This document shows, one piece after another, positions 28,563 to 40,001 of a stretch of DNA of 64,000 bases. The notes below the pieces were generated by a model that was not told where the DNA came from, did no database searches, and saw nothing but the letters and a program-made list of their open reading frames with translations. Position 1 is the stretch's first letter. Each line of letters starts with the position of its first letter. Both the position numbers and the translations under genes were made by a program. This stretch comes from Bacteroidia bacterium (GTDB taxonomy: Bacteria > Bacteroidota > Bacteroidia > SpSt-205), in the NCBI GenBank assembly GCA_039630325.1, contig JBCNVG010000029.1, positions 17,094 through 81,093 on the forward strand, read 5' to 3'.

Positions 28563-31067
28563 ATGGAATCCGAGTTCTCACCTAAAGCGCGCGAGATAGT
28601 CTCTCAGAGCCGAGAAGAGGCTATTCGTTTAGGGAATGATTATGTGGGTTTAGAGCACATTGCTCTGGCTCTTTTGAGGGAAGATGAAGATAATACTGTG
28701 CTCCAAATCCTGGTAGGTCTGGGGGTGCCGGTACGAGAGATGCGCCGCTCTTTAGAGGATTGGGTGCGCCCGTCACAGAGCCGTCCGGTGAGCGGTAGAA
28801 TAGCGCTTTCCAAACAGGTGGAGCGTGCGCTGCGGCAAGCGTCTCTTGAGGCTCATCGCATGCATTCAAGTCAGGTGCTTCCTGAACACATATTCTTGGC
28901 AATACTGCGGCAGACGGACTCGCCTGTTGCCCAGCTTTTTGAGAAATACAGTATTTCTTATGCGGTTGTTCAAGCTGAACTCGAGCAGAAACATGTGGTA
29001 GATATGGCATCCTCTGAACCGATGGATCCGGAGCCTCCCACTCGCGGTGGACGCTCTGGCTCTACCGTTGGAAAGTCGACTTCTCGGTCTCGTACTCCTA
29101 TTTTGGATAACTTTGGCCGTGACCTCACCCGCTTGGCTGAAGAAGGCAAGCTTGATCCGGTCATCGGCCGAGAGCGAGAAATAGAACGAGTGGCTCAGGT
29201 ACTTAGTCGGCGCAAGAAAAATAATCCCGTTCTCATAGGTGAGCCTGGAGTGGGTAAGACAGCGATTGTTGAGGGACTTGCTCTGCGGATTGTTCAGCGG
29301 AAAGTGAGCCGAGTACTTTTCGGTAAGCGAATAGTTGCTCTTGACCTGACTGCGCTGGTGGCTGGGACGAAATATCGCGGACAGTTCGAAGAGCGCATGA
29401 AGAGCGTCTTAGCGGAGTTAGAAAAAGCTCCTGAAGTCATACTGTTTATCGATGAGTTACATACCATCGTAGGGGCTGGAGGGGCTTCTGGTTCTTTAGA
29501 TGCCTCCAACATATTCAAGCCAGCATTGGCACGGGGAGAAATCCAATGTATCGGAGCTACGACGCTTGACGAATACCGGCAATACATAGAGAAAGATGGA
29601 GCTCTTGAGCGGCGCTTCCAGAAAATCATGGTAGATCCACCGACGGAAGAGGAGACTCTCAAAATCCTTATGCAGCTCAAGGACCGTTATGAGGAGCATC
29701 ACCATGTGTATTATACGGATGAAGCGATTCGGGCTTGTGTGCGTCTCAGTGGCCGTTATATCACGGATAGGCAGTTTCCCGACAAGGCCTTGGATGTTTT
29801 AGATGAAGCAGGGGCTCGTGTCTACATGGCCAATATCCAAGTGCCGCCACAAATCTCTGAGTTAGAAGCTAAAATAGAGGAGATTCGTGAGAAAAAGGCT
29901 CAAGTTGTGCGCAGCCAGCGTTATGAAGAGGCTGCCCAGCTTCGCGATACGGAAAAGCGTCTCTTAGAGCGGCTGGAGACGGAAAAGCTTAAGTGGGAAG
30001 AAGAGCTCAAGCATAAACGCTTCAAGGTAGATGAAGCTGATATAGCTGAGGTGGTCGCTTCTATGACGGGAATACCTGTCCAGAAAATCGGAGAAGGGGA
30101 TATCCAGCGCTTAGCTAACATGGAGCAGGCACTTAAAGAGCGTATTATAGGTCAGAATGAAGCCATTGAACGAGTCTCTCGGGCGGTGCGCCGCGCGCGA
30201 GCTGGACTCAAGAATCCGCGCAAGCCTATCGCCTCCTTTATTTTCCTTGGGCAAACTGGTGTAGGCAAGACAGAGCTTGCTCGCGCTCTCGCTGAGTATC
30301 TTTTTGATGGTCCGGATGCGCTGATTCGCATAGACATGTCTGAATATATGGAAAAATTCTCCGTATCTCGCCTCATCGGAGCACCGCCTGGCTATGTCGG
30401 ATATGAAGAGGGAGGACAGCTCACAGAAAAAGTGCGTCGAAAGCCCTACTCCGTCGTTCTTCTGGATGAAATAGAAAAAGCTCATCCTGATGTATTTAAT
30501 ATTCTCCTTCAAGTGTTAGATGACGGTTCTTTGACAGACGGGTTGGGGCGGCGGGTGGACTTCCGTAATACCATCATCATCATGACCTCAAATGTGGGTG
30601 CTCGTGAATTGCGGGAGTTTGGTACAGGGGTAGGCTTTATGACCGCTGCCCGCAAGGAGCGCAGTCAAGATGCTGTTCGCCAGGTTTTAGAAGGGGCTCT
30701 TCGTAAGGTCTTCCGTCCAGAGTTTCTCAATCGGATTGATGATATCATTATCTTCAACCCGCTTACCAAGGATGATGCGCGTCAGATTTTAGAGATTCAG
30801 TTGCGAGAGCTTGCCAAACAAATTCAAGAGAATCAGTGGGAACTACATGTTACAGAGGCAGCGAAGGATTTTCTTTTAGAACGCGGCTTTGATGAACAGT
30901 TTGGGGCGCGTCCTCTTCAGAGGGCGATACAGCGGTTTTTAGCGGACAAGTTGGCTGATGCTGTCATCGCTTACGGGATTCAAGGGGCAGCTCGTTTTAT
31001 CGCCGATCTTTCTGAGGATAAAACCACTATTGAGGTGAAGTTATCTGAGCTAACTCCCTCTGTGTGA
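28563..31067 (+). CDS. clpC: ATP-dependent Clp protease ATP-binding subunit, ClpC-type (two AAA+ modules, Clp_N repeats, UVR-like motif)
   Basis: Walker A motifs GEPGVGKT and GQTGVGKT. N-terminal duplicated Clp_N. Short middle domain with UVR-like YEEAAQLRD. 834 aa. Confidence 0.85.
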   Translation: MESEFSPKAREIVSQSREEAIRLGNDYVGLEHIALALLREDEDNTVLQILVGLGVPVREMRRSLEDWVRPSQSRPVSGRIALSKQVERALRQASLEAHRMHSSQVLPEHIFLAILRQTDSPVAQLFEKYSISYAVVQAELEQKHVVDMASSEPMDPEPPTRGGRSGSTVGKSTSRSRTPILDNFGRDLTRLAEEGKLDPVIGREREIERVAQVLSRRKKNNPVLIGEPGVGKTAIVEGLALRIVQRKVSRVLFGKRIVALDLTALVAGTKYRGQFEERMKSVLAELEKAPEVILFIDELHTIVGAGGASGSLDASNIFKPALARGEIQCIGATTLDEYRQYIEKDGALERRFQKIMVDPPTEEETLKILMQLKDRYEEHHHVYYTDEAIRACVRLSGRYITDRQFPDKALDVLDEAGARVYMANIQVPPQISELEAKIEEIREKKAQVVRSQRYEEAAQLRDTEKRLLERLETEKLKWEEELKHKRFKVDEADIAEVVASMTGIPVQKIGEGDIQRLANMEQALKERIIGQNEAIERVSRAVRRARAGLKNPRKPIASFIFLGQTGVGKTELARALAEYLFDGPDALIRIDMSEYMEKFSVSRLIGAPPGYVGYEEGGQLTEKVRRKPYSVVLLDEIEKAHPDVFNILLQVLDDGSLTDGLGRRVDFRNTIIIMTSNVGARELREFGTGVGFMTAARKERSQDAVRQVLEGALRKVFRPEFLNRIDDIIIFNPLTKDDARQILEIQLRELAKQIQENQWELHVTEAAKDFLLERGFDEQFGARPLQRAIQRFLADKLADAVIAYGIQGAARFIADLSEDKTTIEVKLSELTPSV

Positions 31068-31747
31068 GACATTTTCTTTGGTTTTCTCCTTGTTTTCTGT
31101 TCGCTCAGCCTGCACTTCCGGATTCTTTGCGTTCGTTGTTTGAAAAGGATTTTACTTTTGATCTTATCATTAGCCGTAGCTTTCCTTTCATTCCTACGCT
31201 CAGTGACACTTATCCCATATCTCCCTTTCTTTCGGGGCATTGGCGATTCGGAGTAGCTTGGCATACTCGGCTATACAAAAAGGTGGGTCTCTCTCTTCAG
31301 ACGGGGTACGCGTCCTATCGCCATGTTTTGCGAGCAACCAGTGCGAGTAATGCTCCCTACGCTGAAAAAATGCCAGAAGGATACCGATGGCTCAAGTATC
31401 GTCAAGGTAATATTTTTTTACAAGGGGGATTGCACTGGCGCACCTTTTTACAAGGAGAGTTTTTCCCACGCTACTGGATAGAGATAGGGGGATGGGTCCA
31501 GCGCCAAATAGGCAGTAGTATAAAATATATCGCTGTGCGAGAAGGCCGCACCGAGAAAGTGCGCTGGGAAGGATATAATGTATTTTTCCCATGGCAGGCG
31601 GGTCTTTACCTCCAGATTGGACGGCAGTGGTTGGGAGTCAATGCTTTTTATCACCTTTTGCCCATATTTGCCCAGCGAGGTGTCGAATCAAACTCTAAAC
31701 AACCATCGTTTTCCCGCTGGGAAGTGGGGTTCTTAGTTTCACTATGA
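31064..31747 (+). CDS. Hypothetical outer-membrane protein, 227 aa
   Basis: Signal-like N-terminus, aromatic-rich beta-strand pattern. Overlaps the clpC stop and the ubiX start. Confidence 0.35.
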   Translation: MRHFLWFSPCFLFAQPALPDSLRSLFEKDFTFDLIISRSFPFIPTLSDTYPISPFLSGHWRFGVAWHTRLYKKVGLSLQTGYASYRHVLRATSASNAPYAEKMPEGYRWLKYRQGNIFLQGGLHWRTFLQGEFFPRYWIEIGGWVQRQIGSSIKYIAVREGRTEKVRWEGYNVFFPWQAGLYLQIGRQWLGVNAFYHLLPIFAQRGVESNSKQPSFSRWEVGFLVSL

Positions 31748-32319
31748 GAAAAATCGCTGTGGCGATCACTGGGGCGAGTGGTAGTATTTACGCGGCCCGT
31801 TTGCTGGAGTACCTAAGGCGCTTGCGTGAGCAGTTACCTATGGAGGTGGCGCTGGTATTTTCCGAAAACGCTCCTACAGTCTGGAACTGGGAACTTCAGT
31901 TGCCTCTCCCCACGGATTTTCCTACCTACCAAGTGAAAGATTACTTTGCACCCTTTGCCTCGGGCTCTGCTCGATACGAGGCGTTGGTAATCATTCCATG
32001 TTCTATGGGCACAGTAGGGCGAATCGCCAGCGGGATATCGGACGATCTCATAACACGAGCGGCAGATGTCATGCTGAAAGAGCGGCGCCGACTCATTCTC
32101 GTGCCTCGTGAAACTCCCCTACATATAGGCCACTTAGAAAATCTACTACGTGTGGCCCAGCTTGGAGCTATTATTGTGCCTGCTGCACCCTCCTTCTACA
32201 CCCGTCCTACAAGTATAGAGGGACTGGTGGATACAGTCGTACTACGGGTATTAGACCTTTTATCCCTGCCTGTGGACTATCCACGCTGGGGCTCAGAGTC
32301 CCCAAGTCGCTCGGTCTAA
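31744..32319 (+). CDS. ubiX: Flavin prenyltransferase UbiX
   Basis: MRKIAVAITGASGSIYAARLLEYL… and …LILVPRETPLH are typical of UbiX/Pad1. Confidence 0.8.
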   Translation: MRKIAVAITGASGSIYAARLLEYLRRLREQLPMEVALVFSENAPTVWNWELQLPLPTDFPTYQVKDYFAPFASGSARYEALVIIPCSMGTVGRIASGISDDLITRAADVMLKERRRLILVPRETPLHIGHLENLLRVAQLGAIIVPAAPSFYTRPTSIEGLVDTVVLRVLDLLSLPVDYPRWGSESPSRSV

Positions 32320-33831
32320 AGTGCGATAGCTGATAGCCTCGCTTATGTGTTCGGGACGGATATCATTCCATCCTTCTAAATCTGCGATGGTCCGAGCCAC
32401 TTTGAGAATGCGATCATATGCCCGGGCTGAAAGTTGAAGTCGGTTGATAGCGCTCTCTAATAGCTTCCTTCCCTTCTCATCTAACTGACAAAACTCCTCC
32501 ACCATCTTCGGTGGCATTTGTGCATTGGTGTATATATTAGGGATCTCACCAAATCTCTGCTGTTGTCTCTCTCGAGCTTGCCGGACCCGTGAGCGAATCT
32601 CCTGGCTACTTTCCTGAGAGACATTCCCACTTAGAGCATGCGTATCTACGGGAGTTACTGATATGTGCAAATCTATCCGGTCTAACAGAGGCCCCGAAAT
32701 GCGAGCCAAATATCGTTGCACGGCCCCAGGAGTACAAGTACAGGCCCGAGTGGGATGAGTATAATATCCGCAAGGGCATGGATTCATTGCTGCTACCAGC
32801 ATAAAGCGAGCCGGATATTCTACCCGAAATCGGGCTCGGGCAATCACAATGCGACCTTCCTCCAACGGCTGACGCATGACCTCCAAGACTTGCCGCTTGA
32901 ACTCTGGCAATTCGTCCAGGAATAGAACGCCATTGTGAGCCAAGCTGATTTCTCCCGGCATCGGGTAATTTCCACCTCCTACCAGAGCGATATCACTGAT
33001 TGTGTGATGGGGAGCCCGGAATGGTCGTCTGGTGACTAAACCTGTATGTTCCTGCAAGAGCCCTGCAACCGAGTGGATTCGGGTAGTTTCCAGGGCTTCT
33101 TCCAAGGTGAGCTGCGGCAAAATCGTAGGCAATCGCCGAGCTAACATAGTCTTGCCTGCGCCAGGGGGGCCTACTAACAAGATATTATGCCCCCCCGCTG
33201 CCGCAATCTCTAATGCCCGCTTAACCTGAAGCTGCCCTTTGACTTCACTCATGTCTACATCATAAGTCTCTGCTTGGTTTTGAAAGAGGGCTCGTGCATC
33301 CACATACGATCGCTCTAAGTGCAGCTTACCTTCTAAAAAGGCTACCACCTCTCGTAGGGTAGAGGGAGCGTATACTGATACGTCCTTGACGATACCAGCT
33401 TCTCCTGCATTAGCCGGGGGAAGGATCAGAGTAGAGATTCCCCGCTTGCGCGCTGTGATAGAGATGGGCAAAGCACCGCGTATCGGCATCAGGGTGCCAT
33501 CCAGGGAGAGCTCCCCCATGATTAGAATATCATGCCAACTCTCTCGCTGAATTTGTCCGGAAGCTGCCAAGATGCCTACAGCAATAGGGAGGTCGTAGGC
33601 TGTCCCCTCTTTTCTCAGGTCAGCAGGTGAAAGATTGATGATAATTTTGCCTCTGGGGAAGGCGAATCCACTATTCCGAATAGCGGTTTCCACACGTTCT
33701 CGGCTCTCTTTTACAGCGCTGTCTGGTAAACCTACTATGGCATACCCAAGGCCCGGCGATAAATTTACCTCCACGCTCACCGGGTACGCATGAATGCCGT
33801 ATAAAGCCGCCGCTGGTATCTTGATAAGCAT
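32293..33831 (-). CDS. comM: Mg-chelatase-like AAA+ ATPase YifB/ComM
   Basis: Lon-like N-terminal domain, Walker A LLVGPPGAGKTMLARRL, ChlI-type C-terminal region with CPCG motif. 512 aa. Confidence 0.85.
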   Translation of the reverse strand: MLIKIPAAALYGIHAYPVSVEVNLSPGLGYAIVGLPDSAVKESRERVETAIRNSGFAFPRGKIIINLSPADLRKEGTAYDLPIAVGILAASGQIQRESWHDILIMGELSLDGTLMPIRGALPISITARKRGISTLILPPANAGEAGIVKDVSVYAPSTLREVVAFLEGKLHLERSYVDARALFQNQAETYDVDMSEVKGQLQVKRALEIAAAGGHNILLVGPPGAGKTMLARRLPTILPQLTLEEALETTRIHSVAGLLQEHTGLVTRRPFRAPHHTISDIALVGGGNYPMPGEISLAHNGVLFLDELPEFKRQVLEVMRQPLEEGRIVIARARFRVEYPARFMLVAAMNPCPCGYYTHPTRACTCTPGAVQRYLARISGPLLDRIDLHISVTPVDTHALSGNVSQESSQEIRSRVRQARERQQQRFGEIPNIYTNAQMPPKMVEEFCQLDEKGRKLLESAINRLQLSARAYDRILKVARTIADLEGWNDIRPEHISEAISYRTLDRATWGL

Positions 33832-33877
33832 ACCCGTAAAATACGCACTCCGATGTAGATATGCTTATCTTTGAGCC

Positions 33878-35656
33878 ATGCTGGAAGTCAAAGGATTATC
33901 GGTGAGCTTCCGCACTCGGGGAGGGAAGGTTTCGGCGATACAGCATGTGTCTTTCTCCTTACCTCGCGGTCAAACTTTGGGGATTGTGGGCGAATCGGGT
34001 TCTGGCAAAAGTGTCACCTCACTGGCGATTATGCGACTCATTCCCTCACCGCCAGGCGAGATAGAAGCAGGAGAAATCTGGTTTGACTCCCCTTCGCTGG
34101 GGCGAGTCAATCTCCTCTCCCTCTCCGAAAAGCAAATGCGCCACCTGCGCGGCAATGAAATCGCAATGATCTTTCAAGAACCGATGACTTCTCTCAACCC
34201 AGTGTTCACTTGTGGAGATCAAGTGGTAGAGGCTATTCGTCTGCATCAAAAAGTGTCTGCCAAGGAGGCCAAGGAGCGAGCTTTGGCGCTATTTGAAGAG
34301 GTCAAGCTTCCTAATCCCCCTCGCATTTTCTCCGCCTATCCTCATCAGCTTTCAGGCGGGCAAAAGCAGCGAGTCATGATTGCTATGGCGATTAGTTGTG
34401 AGCCAGCCCTTCTCATCGCCGATGAACCAACGACAGCCCTCGATGTTACGGTGCAAAAGACTATCCTCGATCTTCTCCAGGAGCTTCAAGCGCGACACGG
34501 AATGAGTTTGATATTTATTTCTCACGACCTGGGAGTGATAGGAGAAATATGTGATGAGGTTCTCGTGATGTATAAGGGGAAAGTAGTAGAGCAAGGTTCA
34601 GTGCGGGATATTTTCAGCAGTCCGCGTGATCCTTATACGCGTGGCCTCATAGCTTGTCGTCCGCCTTTGGATCGGCGATTGAAGCGCTTACCTACTCTGG
34701 CCGATTTTCTGAAAGCGCCTGAAAAATTGACGGTAGAAGAAGCCCTCAAGGCAGAGACTATAACCTTAGAAGCTTACCAGGCGCGCCAGCAGGAGCTTTC
34801 TAAACAATCGCCCCTTCTCGTAGTGGAGAATCTGCAAGTGTATTTTCCTGTGACGAAGGGGATTTTTGGGCGGGTGGTAGATTATGTGCGTGCGGTGGAT
34901 GGGGTAAGCTTCACCGTGTTTCCAGGCGAAACTGTGGGGCTGGTGGGAGAATCCGGCTCTGGAAAAACCACAACCGGACGAGCCATCTTGCGGCTTATAG
35001 AGCCCACTGGTGGACGAATCACCTTTATGGGAGAGGATGTACTAAGCCTCTCCAAAGAGCGGCTACGCAGTCTTAGAAAGCATATGCAGATTATCTTTCA
35101 AGACCCTTACAGCTCTCTCAATCCCCGCCTCACAGTGGGAAGCGCTCTCACGGAACCGCTCCTTTTCCATAAGCTTGTACGAAATCCCAAAGAAGCCAAA
35201 GAAAAAGCTGTAAGTCTTCTAGAGCAGGTCGGCTTAGAGGCAGATCATTTTTACCGTTATCCTCATGAGTTTTCTGGGGGGCAGCGGCAACGCATCGCTA
35301 TTGCTCGCGCTTTGGCTGTCCAGCCTAAGTTCATTATATGCGATGAGAGCGTCTCCGCCTTAGACGTGTCTGTGCAAGCTCAGGTACTCAATCTCCTTTT
35401 AGACTTGCAGGAGAGATACGGGCTATCCTACATTTTCATCTCGCATGATCTGAGTGTAGTCAAGTTTATGAGCGATCGGCTTTTAGTTATGCACCAAGGA
35501 CAAGTAGTAGAGAGCGGCTATTCTGAGGATATTTATCGCTCGCCTCAGCATCCTTATACCCAGAGGCTTATAGAGGCGATTCCTAAAGGTCGTATGGAAG
35601 ATATTGAAGCCGCTCTTACACGGCGACGGCAAGGGCGTTCTGTGTCGGTTGCGTAA
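33878..35656 (+). CDS. ABC transporter, fused duplicated ATP-binding protein (oligopeptide/YejF-like)
   Basis: Two complete ABC cassettes (GESGSGKS…LSGGQKQRV…; GESGSGKTT…FSGGQRQRI…) with Dpp/Opp-type C-terminal extensions. Confidence 0.85.
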   Translation: MLEVKGLSVSFRTRGGKVSAIQHVSFSLPRGQTLGIVGESGSGKSVTSLAIMRLIPSPPGEIEAGEIWFDSPSLGRVNLLSLSEKQMRHLRGNEIAMIFQEPMTSLNPVFTCGDQVVEAIRLHQKVSAKEAKERALALFEEVKLPNPPRIFSAYPHQLSGGQKQRVMIAMAISCEPALLIADEPTTALDVTVQKTILDLLQELQARHGMSLIFISHDLGVIGEICDEVLVMYKGKVVEQGSVRDIFSSPRDPYTRGLIACRPPLDRRLKRLPTLADFLKAPEKLTVEEALKAETITLEAYQARQQELSKQSPLLVVENLQVYFPVTKGIFGRVVDYVRAVDGVSFTVFPGETVGLVGESGSGKTTTGRAILRLIEPTGGRITFMGEDVLSLSKERLRSLRKHMQIIFQDPYSSLNPRLTVGSALTEPLLFHKLVRNPKEAKEKAVSLLEQVGLEADHFYRYPHEFSGGQRQRIAIARALAVQPKFIICDESVSALDVSVQAQVLNLLLDLQERYGLSYIFISHDLSVVKFMSDRLLVMHQGQVVESGYSEDIYRSPQHPYTQRLIEAIPKGRMEDIEAALTRRRQGRSVSVA

Positions 35657-35661
35657 GCTGA

Positions 35662-36567
35662 TTAGAGGCCCCAGAGAGCCGTAAGTCCTCCTGCCATGGC
35701 TAGCTTGAGTAAAAGGCTCATAAAGCGGTAATCGCCCCACTCGGTGAGGCCCCATAGAAGGGGAAGTATCACCGTAGGAAGGCACATAGTGAGATAAAAT
35801 AGAGGCAGCGTTTTCCAGAGGAAGACATGTCCCATGGCAGGCATCAGCGTAAGTCCTATGAGAGCTATCCACAATCCCTGTAAAAACCGCTGCCAAGTGG
35901 TGTGAGATAGTCTGGCTGGCAGAGACCGCACTCCATAGGTTTGGTCGCCGCGTAGGTCTTCCGCGTCTTTGACTATTTCCCGTACGAAATTGAAACCAGC
36001 CGCTAAAGGTATCATCCAGGCTACGCTATAAGTTGTATTCCCCGAGAGCAAGATCACTTCCCAAGGTACTATACCTGTAAGCAAAGCGATAACGGTATTG
36101 CCTAGAAGGCCTGTGCGTTTGCCAAAGCGGGCATACCAGCCCAAAGTAACCATGGCAGCCACATGCAGAAGGGCTATTTTTAAAGGGAGTAGAAGGCTCA
36201 GGCCGGCAGCTATCAGCCAGCTTAGGAAAGTAGCTGTAAATAATAGCCGCTGTCCCGCTCGTGCTGTCCATAAGGCTCGGGTGGGCCGGTTGATTCGGTC
36301 GATGGGCTGATCATATAGATCATTGAGCCAGTAGCCTCCTGCTGCTGTCAAGAGCGTACTTAGAACCATTACAAACCATAGGTTCCAGTTGAGGGAAAGC
36401 CCTGGGTTTCCTTTCCAGAGCAGAAGTTGAGCATTTAGGCTGGTCATTCCTATCAGCAGGAGATTGATGGGGCGAGCCAGCCGAGCCAGCGCCTCGACGC
36501 GTCTGAGGGTGCGCCTTAAGGGCGAAACACGCACCGAATAAGCCCTGTAGGATGGCGCAGAATCCAT
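35662..36567 (-). CDS. UbiA-family aromatic prenyltransferase (ORF extends to 36627)
   Basis: Polytopic protein with two Asp-rich motifs typical of the UbiA superfamily (NDLYDQPIDRIN, …DAEDLRGD). About 9 TM helices. Confidence 0.6.
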   Translation of the reverse strand: MDSAPSYRAYSVRVSPLRRTLRRVEALARLARPINLLLIGMTSLNAQLLLWKGNPGLSLNWNLWFVMVLSTLLTAAGGYWLNDLYDQPIDRINRPTRALWTARAGQRLLFTATFLSWLIAAGLSLLLPLKIALLHVAAMVTLGWYARFGKRTGLLGNTVIALLTGIVPWEVILLSGNTTYSVAWMIPLAAGFNFVREIVKDAEDLRGDQTYGVRSLPARLSHTTWQRFLQGLWIALIGLTLMPAMGHVFLWKTLPLFYLTMCLPTVILPLLWGLTEWGDYRFMSLLLKLAMAGGLTALWGL

Positions 36568-37634
36568 ATGCCCGAAGGCAGTTGGTCCAAAGGCACATGT
36601 CCGTAATAGCGGCCCTCCATGCCCCACACTTCATATTCAGAGGGGAAGGCCTGGATGAGCGTAGAAGCTCTCTCAAGGCTGACTGCAAAGCGACTATTCC
36701 ACTGATAAAAGTGAAATCGTAAAAACTCCTCCACATCTCGCATATAGGTGGGATTGACTGAGGTCTGCGTGCCATAAGGCACATGTCCACCACCCTGCCA
36801 TGTGAATAGAGCGTGATAAAGCCCACGGAGGGCAGCCACAGAATCTATGTTGTAGCCACCCTCTACCGATAATCCTACAAATGGGACAGCACCGCTTTTG
36901 TATGGTACAGTGGCATCGCCAGTGCCATGCATGGCTATCACAGCAGGGGTCTTGTGAAGGGCAATCCAGCTCGTACGCAGCATACCGCCAGATAGAGAAA
37001 AAACTCCCGTGAAACGGGAGCTATAACCTGGATTACCAGAGTTTCCCTCTATACCACCTTGGCTATTTAGGAAGGTAGTGTCAGCTTCAAGCACCTCCGC
37101 GAGCTCCGTAGCAGAGGAAATAAAAGCCGCATGAAGGGAAGTCATCGCCCCAGCCGACGAGCCGCCCACGTAAATCTTAGCCGTGTCTATCCCATACGGA
37201 TTTCCATCTGCTATCACACTTTTTTTGAGATAACGAATGAACGCTTTCAGATCATGTATAGCTCGGATACCGGCCTTGATCCACTCAGCAGTAGTAGGAT
37301 TAGTGATTCCGATTCGGTAGTCAATCGTAGCCGTGACATATCCGCGCGCAGCGAAATATTTGGCGATATGGGTTATGTCGGCGTCATTTCGAGAGCCAGA
37401 TATGTATGCTCCCCCAAAAAGCAAAACTATAACTGGACGAGAACTCTCATTGTCAGGCTCAGGTAAGTAAAAGGTGGCTCGAAGCGTCTGCTGGCTTCCA
37501 AATGCATTCGTAGCCGAGCCATATATCACGGTTTCTGTTCGCCAGGAGAAAAGGCTGTCCCAATATCGTCCAGATTGAGCCAAAGCCAGCCCTATGTTGA
37601 TAATAGTTAGACGTAGCACTTCACAAATATACAT
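36516..37634 (-). CDS. Alpha/beta-hydrolase fold esterase/lipase, secreted
   Basis: HGG-like oxyanion region (VIVLLFGGAYISG) and GxSxG nucleophile elbow (VGGSSAGAM). N-terminal signal peptide. Confidence 0.6.
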   Translation of the reverse strand: MYICEVLRLTIINIGLALAQSGRYWDSLFSWRTETVIYGSATNAFGSQQTLRATFYLPEPDNESSRPVIVLLFGGAYISGSRNDADITHIAKYFAARGYVTATIDYRIGITNPTTAEWIKAGIRAIHDLKAFIRYLKKSVIADGNPYGIDTAKIYVGGSSAGAMTSLHAAFISSATELAEVLEADTTFLNSQGGIEGNSGNPGYSSRFTGVFSLSGGMLRTSWIALHKTPAVIAMHGTGDATVPYKSGAVPFVGLSVEGGYNIDSVAALRGLYHALFTWQGGGHVPYGTQTSVNPTYMRDVEEFLRFHFYQWNSRFAVSLERASTLIQAFPSEYEVWGMEGRYYGHVPLDQLPSGIWILRHPTGLIRCVFRP

Positions 37635-37729
37635 TTAGCCAGCATACAGACATTGTGATGTGAGTCTCGATACACGGTGCACTTAGGAGGTACGATGAAG
37701 GTGATTTTTTCAAAAAAGAACGGGTGTTT

Positions 37730-38380
37730 CTATCTCAGGTCAGAAGCCGCAGGGGGTATAGCTGCCAGGAGCTCGCGGGCTACTTTCACTGGGTCGTCTG
37801 CTTGACAGAAGGCAGAAATCACAGCAACTCCGTACAAGTTAGGTACTGCTTCAAAAAGAAGCTTAGCTCTTTCGGCCGTGATCCCGCCGATGGCTATGAT
37901 AGGATGGTGAATGGTCTCGGCAAACTTTCTTAGACCTTCTATGCCTAAGGGGGGATTGGTGAGCGACTTCGTATGAGTGGCAAATACTGGCCCTACGCCC
38001 ACATACGCTAACGGGAAGTGCTTGATTTGGGCATATCTCTCCAGCGAATGGACCGTAGCGCCGATTATCATAGAGGGTGAGATGCGTCTGAAAGCTTCTT
38101 CTAATGGCATATCATCCTCGCCTAAATGCACGCCATCCGCTTGCACCTCTACTGCTACCTCTACGAAGTCATTTATGATAAGCTGTCCTTTATGAGCGCG
38201 AATGAGGCGGGCTATGTGGCGTAGCTCGGGCCCGTCGCGTTCTGGTTGGAAAGTTTTATGCCGATACTGAATAGTCTTGATGCCAGCTCGGAGGGCTAAG
38301 CTGGCCAGTTCAAGGTGGGAGTAGCGACGCTGGGTCTCAGTATCAGTGATTATATGAATGCGTCCAATCTGCGGGCTCAA
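37730..38380 (-). CDS. thiE: Thiamine-phosphate synthase
   Basis: TIM-barrel ThiE pattern (…IQYRHK…, …GVHLGEDDMP…, …GVGPVFATHTK…, IAIGGI). Confidence 0.8.
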   Translation of the reverse strand: MSPQIGRIHIITDTETQRRYSHLELASLALRAGIKTIQYRHKTFQPERDGPELRHIARLIRAHKGQLIINDFVEVAVEVQADGVHLGEDDMPLEEAFRRISPSMIIGATVHSLERYAQIKHFPLAYVGVGPVFATHTKSLTNPPLGIEGLRKFAETIHHPIIAIGGITAERAKLLFEAVPNLYGVAVISAFCQADDPVKVARELLAAIPPAASDLR

Positions 38381-39057
38381 ATACTCAGGTATCTTAAGAG
38401 GGCAGAAAGTTGCTCTTGAGCTTGCCTTTCCATCAGTTCATCACCGTGAATAGCAATGGGAGTGTAGCCTTTGCGCTCGAGAAGGTTTATACTTCGGCTA
38501 AGGTAAATGCTATTCACTTTGAGTACGATGTAAGTGCGTTGGAGGTCCGTATTGTGAGCTAAGAGGTAAGCAGAGAGAATCCGGATATCGTCGCTTTCTA
38601 AGATTTGAGCGATTTCAGCAAGACTGTAATCCCGCAAGGTAGTTTCTAAAATGATCACAGCGCCTGGTTCTTGAACAGCTCCCAGCTGGCTCCACCACCG
38701 TACCAAAGATTTAGTCGTAATTAGCCCCAGATACTCTCCCTCTTTAGAAACGATGGGTACTTCGGTGAGTTTGTGCTTTTCCATTTGCTGTAGAGCCTCA
38801 TATACGGTAGCGCTTGGGAGAAGAGGGTCTACGGAGAGCCAAGAGAGATTTTCAATGGTAGTGTCAGGGGAGGAGCGTTTGAGAGATTTTCGGGGGAAAA
38901 GAGCTAAGTACTGATGGCCAGCGGATACTACCGGGATATGCTCCAGGTAAGCGTATCGACGGAAAAGACGGCGAGCTTCCCGAGAAGTAGCCTCAGGGCG
39001 TAAAAAGACCTTCCCATGACGCACTATGGCAGACAAAGTGAGGGTAGGCGCCGTCAT
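38377..39057 (-). CDS. CBS-domain protein with C-terminal regulatory (ACT-like) domain
   Basis: CBS-like segments (…EVPIVSKEGEYLGLITTKSLV…). Overlaps thiE by 4 nt. Confidence 0.45.
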   Translation of the reverse strand: MTAPTLTLSAIVRHGKVFLRPEATSREARRLFRRYAYLEHIPVVSAGHQYLALFPRKSLKRSSPDTTIENLSWLSVDPLLPSATVYEALQQMEKHKLTEVPIVSKEGEYLGLITTKSLVRWWSQLGAVQEPGAVIILETTLRDYSLAEIAQILESDDIRILSAYLLAHNTDLQRTYIVLKVNSIYLSRSINLLERKGYTPIAIHGDELMERQAQEQLSALLRYLSI

Positions 39058-40001
39058 ACAGGTAACCTTTGCAAAAATTGGCCCAGAAGCTCTTGAAAGT
39101 GGTCAGGGTGCTCCATCATTGGCGCATGTCCACATTCATCTATGAAGTGCAGCTCGGCATTGGGCATGAGGTGATAGAATCCGTAAGCGGTAGGGATAGG
39201 CGTTATAGTATCGTTAAGACCCCAGATCAGGCAAGTAGGAGCAGTTATTTGGGGTAAAAGAGGGCCGATAAAGTGCCGTTGGGCATCGCGCGCTACTTTC
39301 AGGATACGCAAAGCTTTGTAGCTATCGTTTACTATGGCGAAGACTTCATCTATAAGTTCAGGCGTGGCATGCCGTGGGTCATAGAATGTATAGCGGACGC
39401 GTTCTGCTACATACTCTCGGCTACTGCGTCGAGGAAATGAGCTGCCCATGCTATCCTCAAAAAGTCCAGAACTGCCTGTAAGAACTAAAGCTTTGACGGC
39501 GGACGGGTATTGATGAGCAACGAGGAGGGCTAAATGCCCACCGAGGGAGTTTCCAATCCAAACCGCTGGGGGGAGCTGTTCGCCAGTATAAAATCTCCAT
39601 AAATACTCTGTCAGGCCAGATAGCGAAGGCTCCACCGAGCTGTTTTCATATATGGGCAAAAGGGGAACATAAATAGAGTACTCCTCTGTGAGAGGACCTA
39701 AGAAGCTATCCCAGTTGCTGAGTGCCCCAAATAACCCGTGAACTAAAACAAGGGGGGGAGCTCCTATTTTTCCAGCGTAGGCAAACTTATAGTCCTCTCG
39801 GTGTCTCAGCGTCCATGAGCGGTGAGTCTTTACAGCCACTGTGGGCGGCGGCATATACTTAGCTAAACATTTTTCGTCAAATGGGGCGTCAGAGTATGTA
39901 CCCAAGCCTCTATAAGGCGACCGCCGTGGGGAGTGAGGATGGAGTCGGGATGAAACTGCACCCCCCATACAGGCTGTGAAGGATGCATGATGGCCATGCA
40001 A
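39054..40001 (-). CDS. Alpha/beta hydrolase (the real start is probably an internal Met, near the pabA stop)
   Basis: LVLVHGLFGALSNW…, GNSLGGHLA (GxSxG) and a C-terminal His motif (ECGHAPMMEHP). The ORF as drawn overlaps the upstream gene by about 140 nt. Confidence 0.6.
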   Translation of the reverse strand: MHGHHASFTACMGGAVSSRLHPHSPRRSPYRGLGTYSDAPFDEKCLAKYMPPPTVAVKTHRSWTLRHREDYKFAYAGKIGAPPLVLVHGLFGALSNWDSFLGPLTEEYSIYVPLLPIYENSSVEPSLSGLTEYLWRFYTGEQLPPAVWIGNSLGGHLALLVAHQYPSAVKALVLTGSSGLFEDSMGSSFPRRSSREYVAERVRYTFYDPRHATPELIDEVFAIVNDSYKALRILKVARDAQRHFIGPLLPQITAPTCLIWGLNDTITPIPTAYGFYHLMPNAELHFIDECGHAPMMEHPDHFQELLGQFLQRLPV

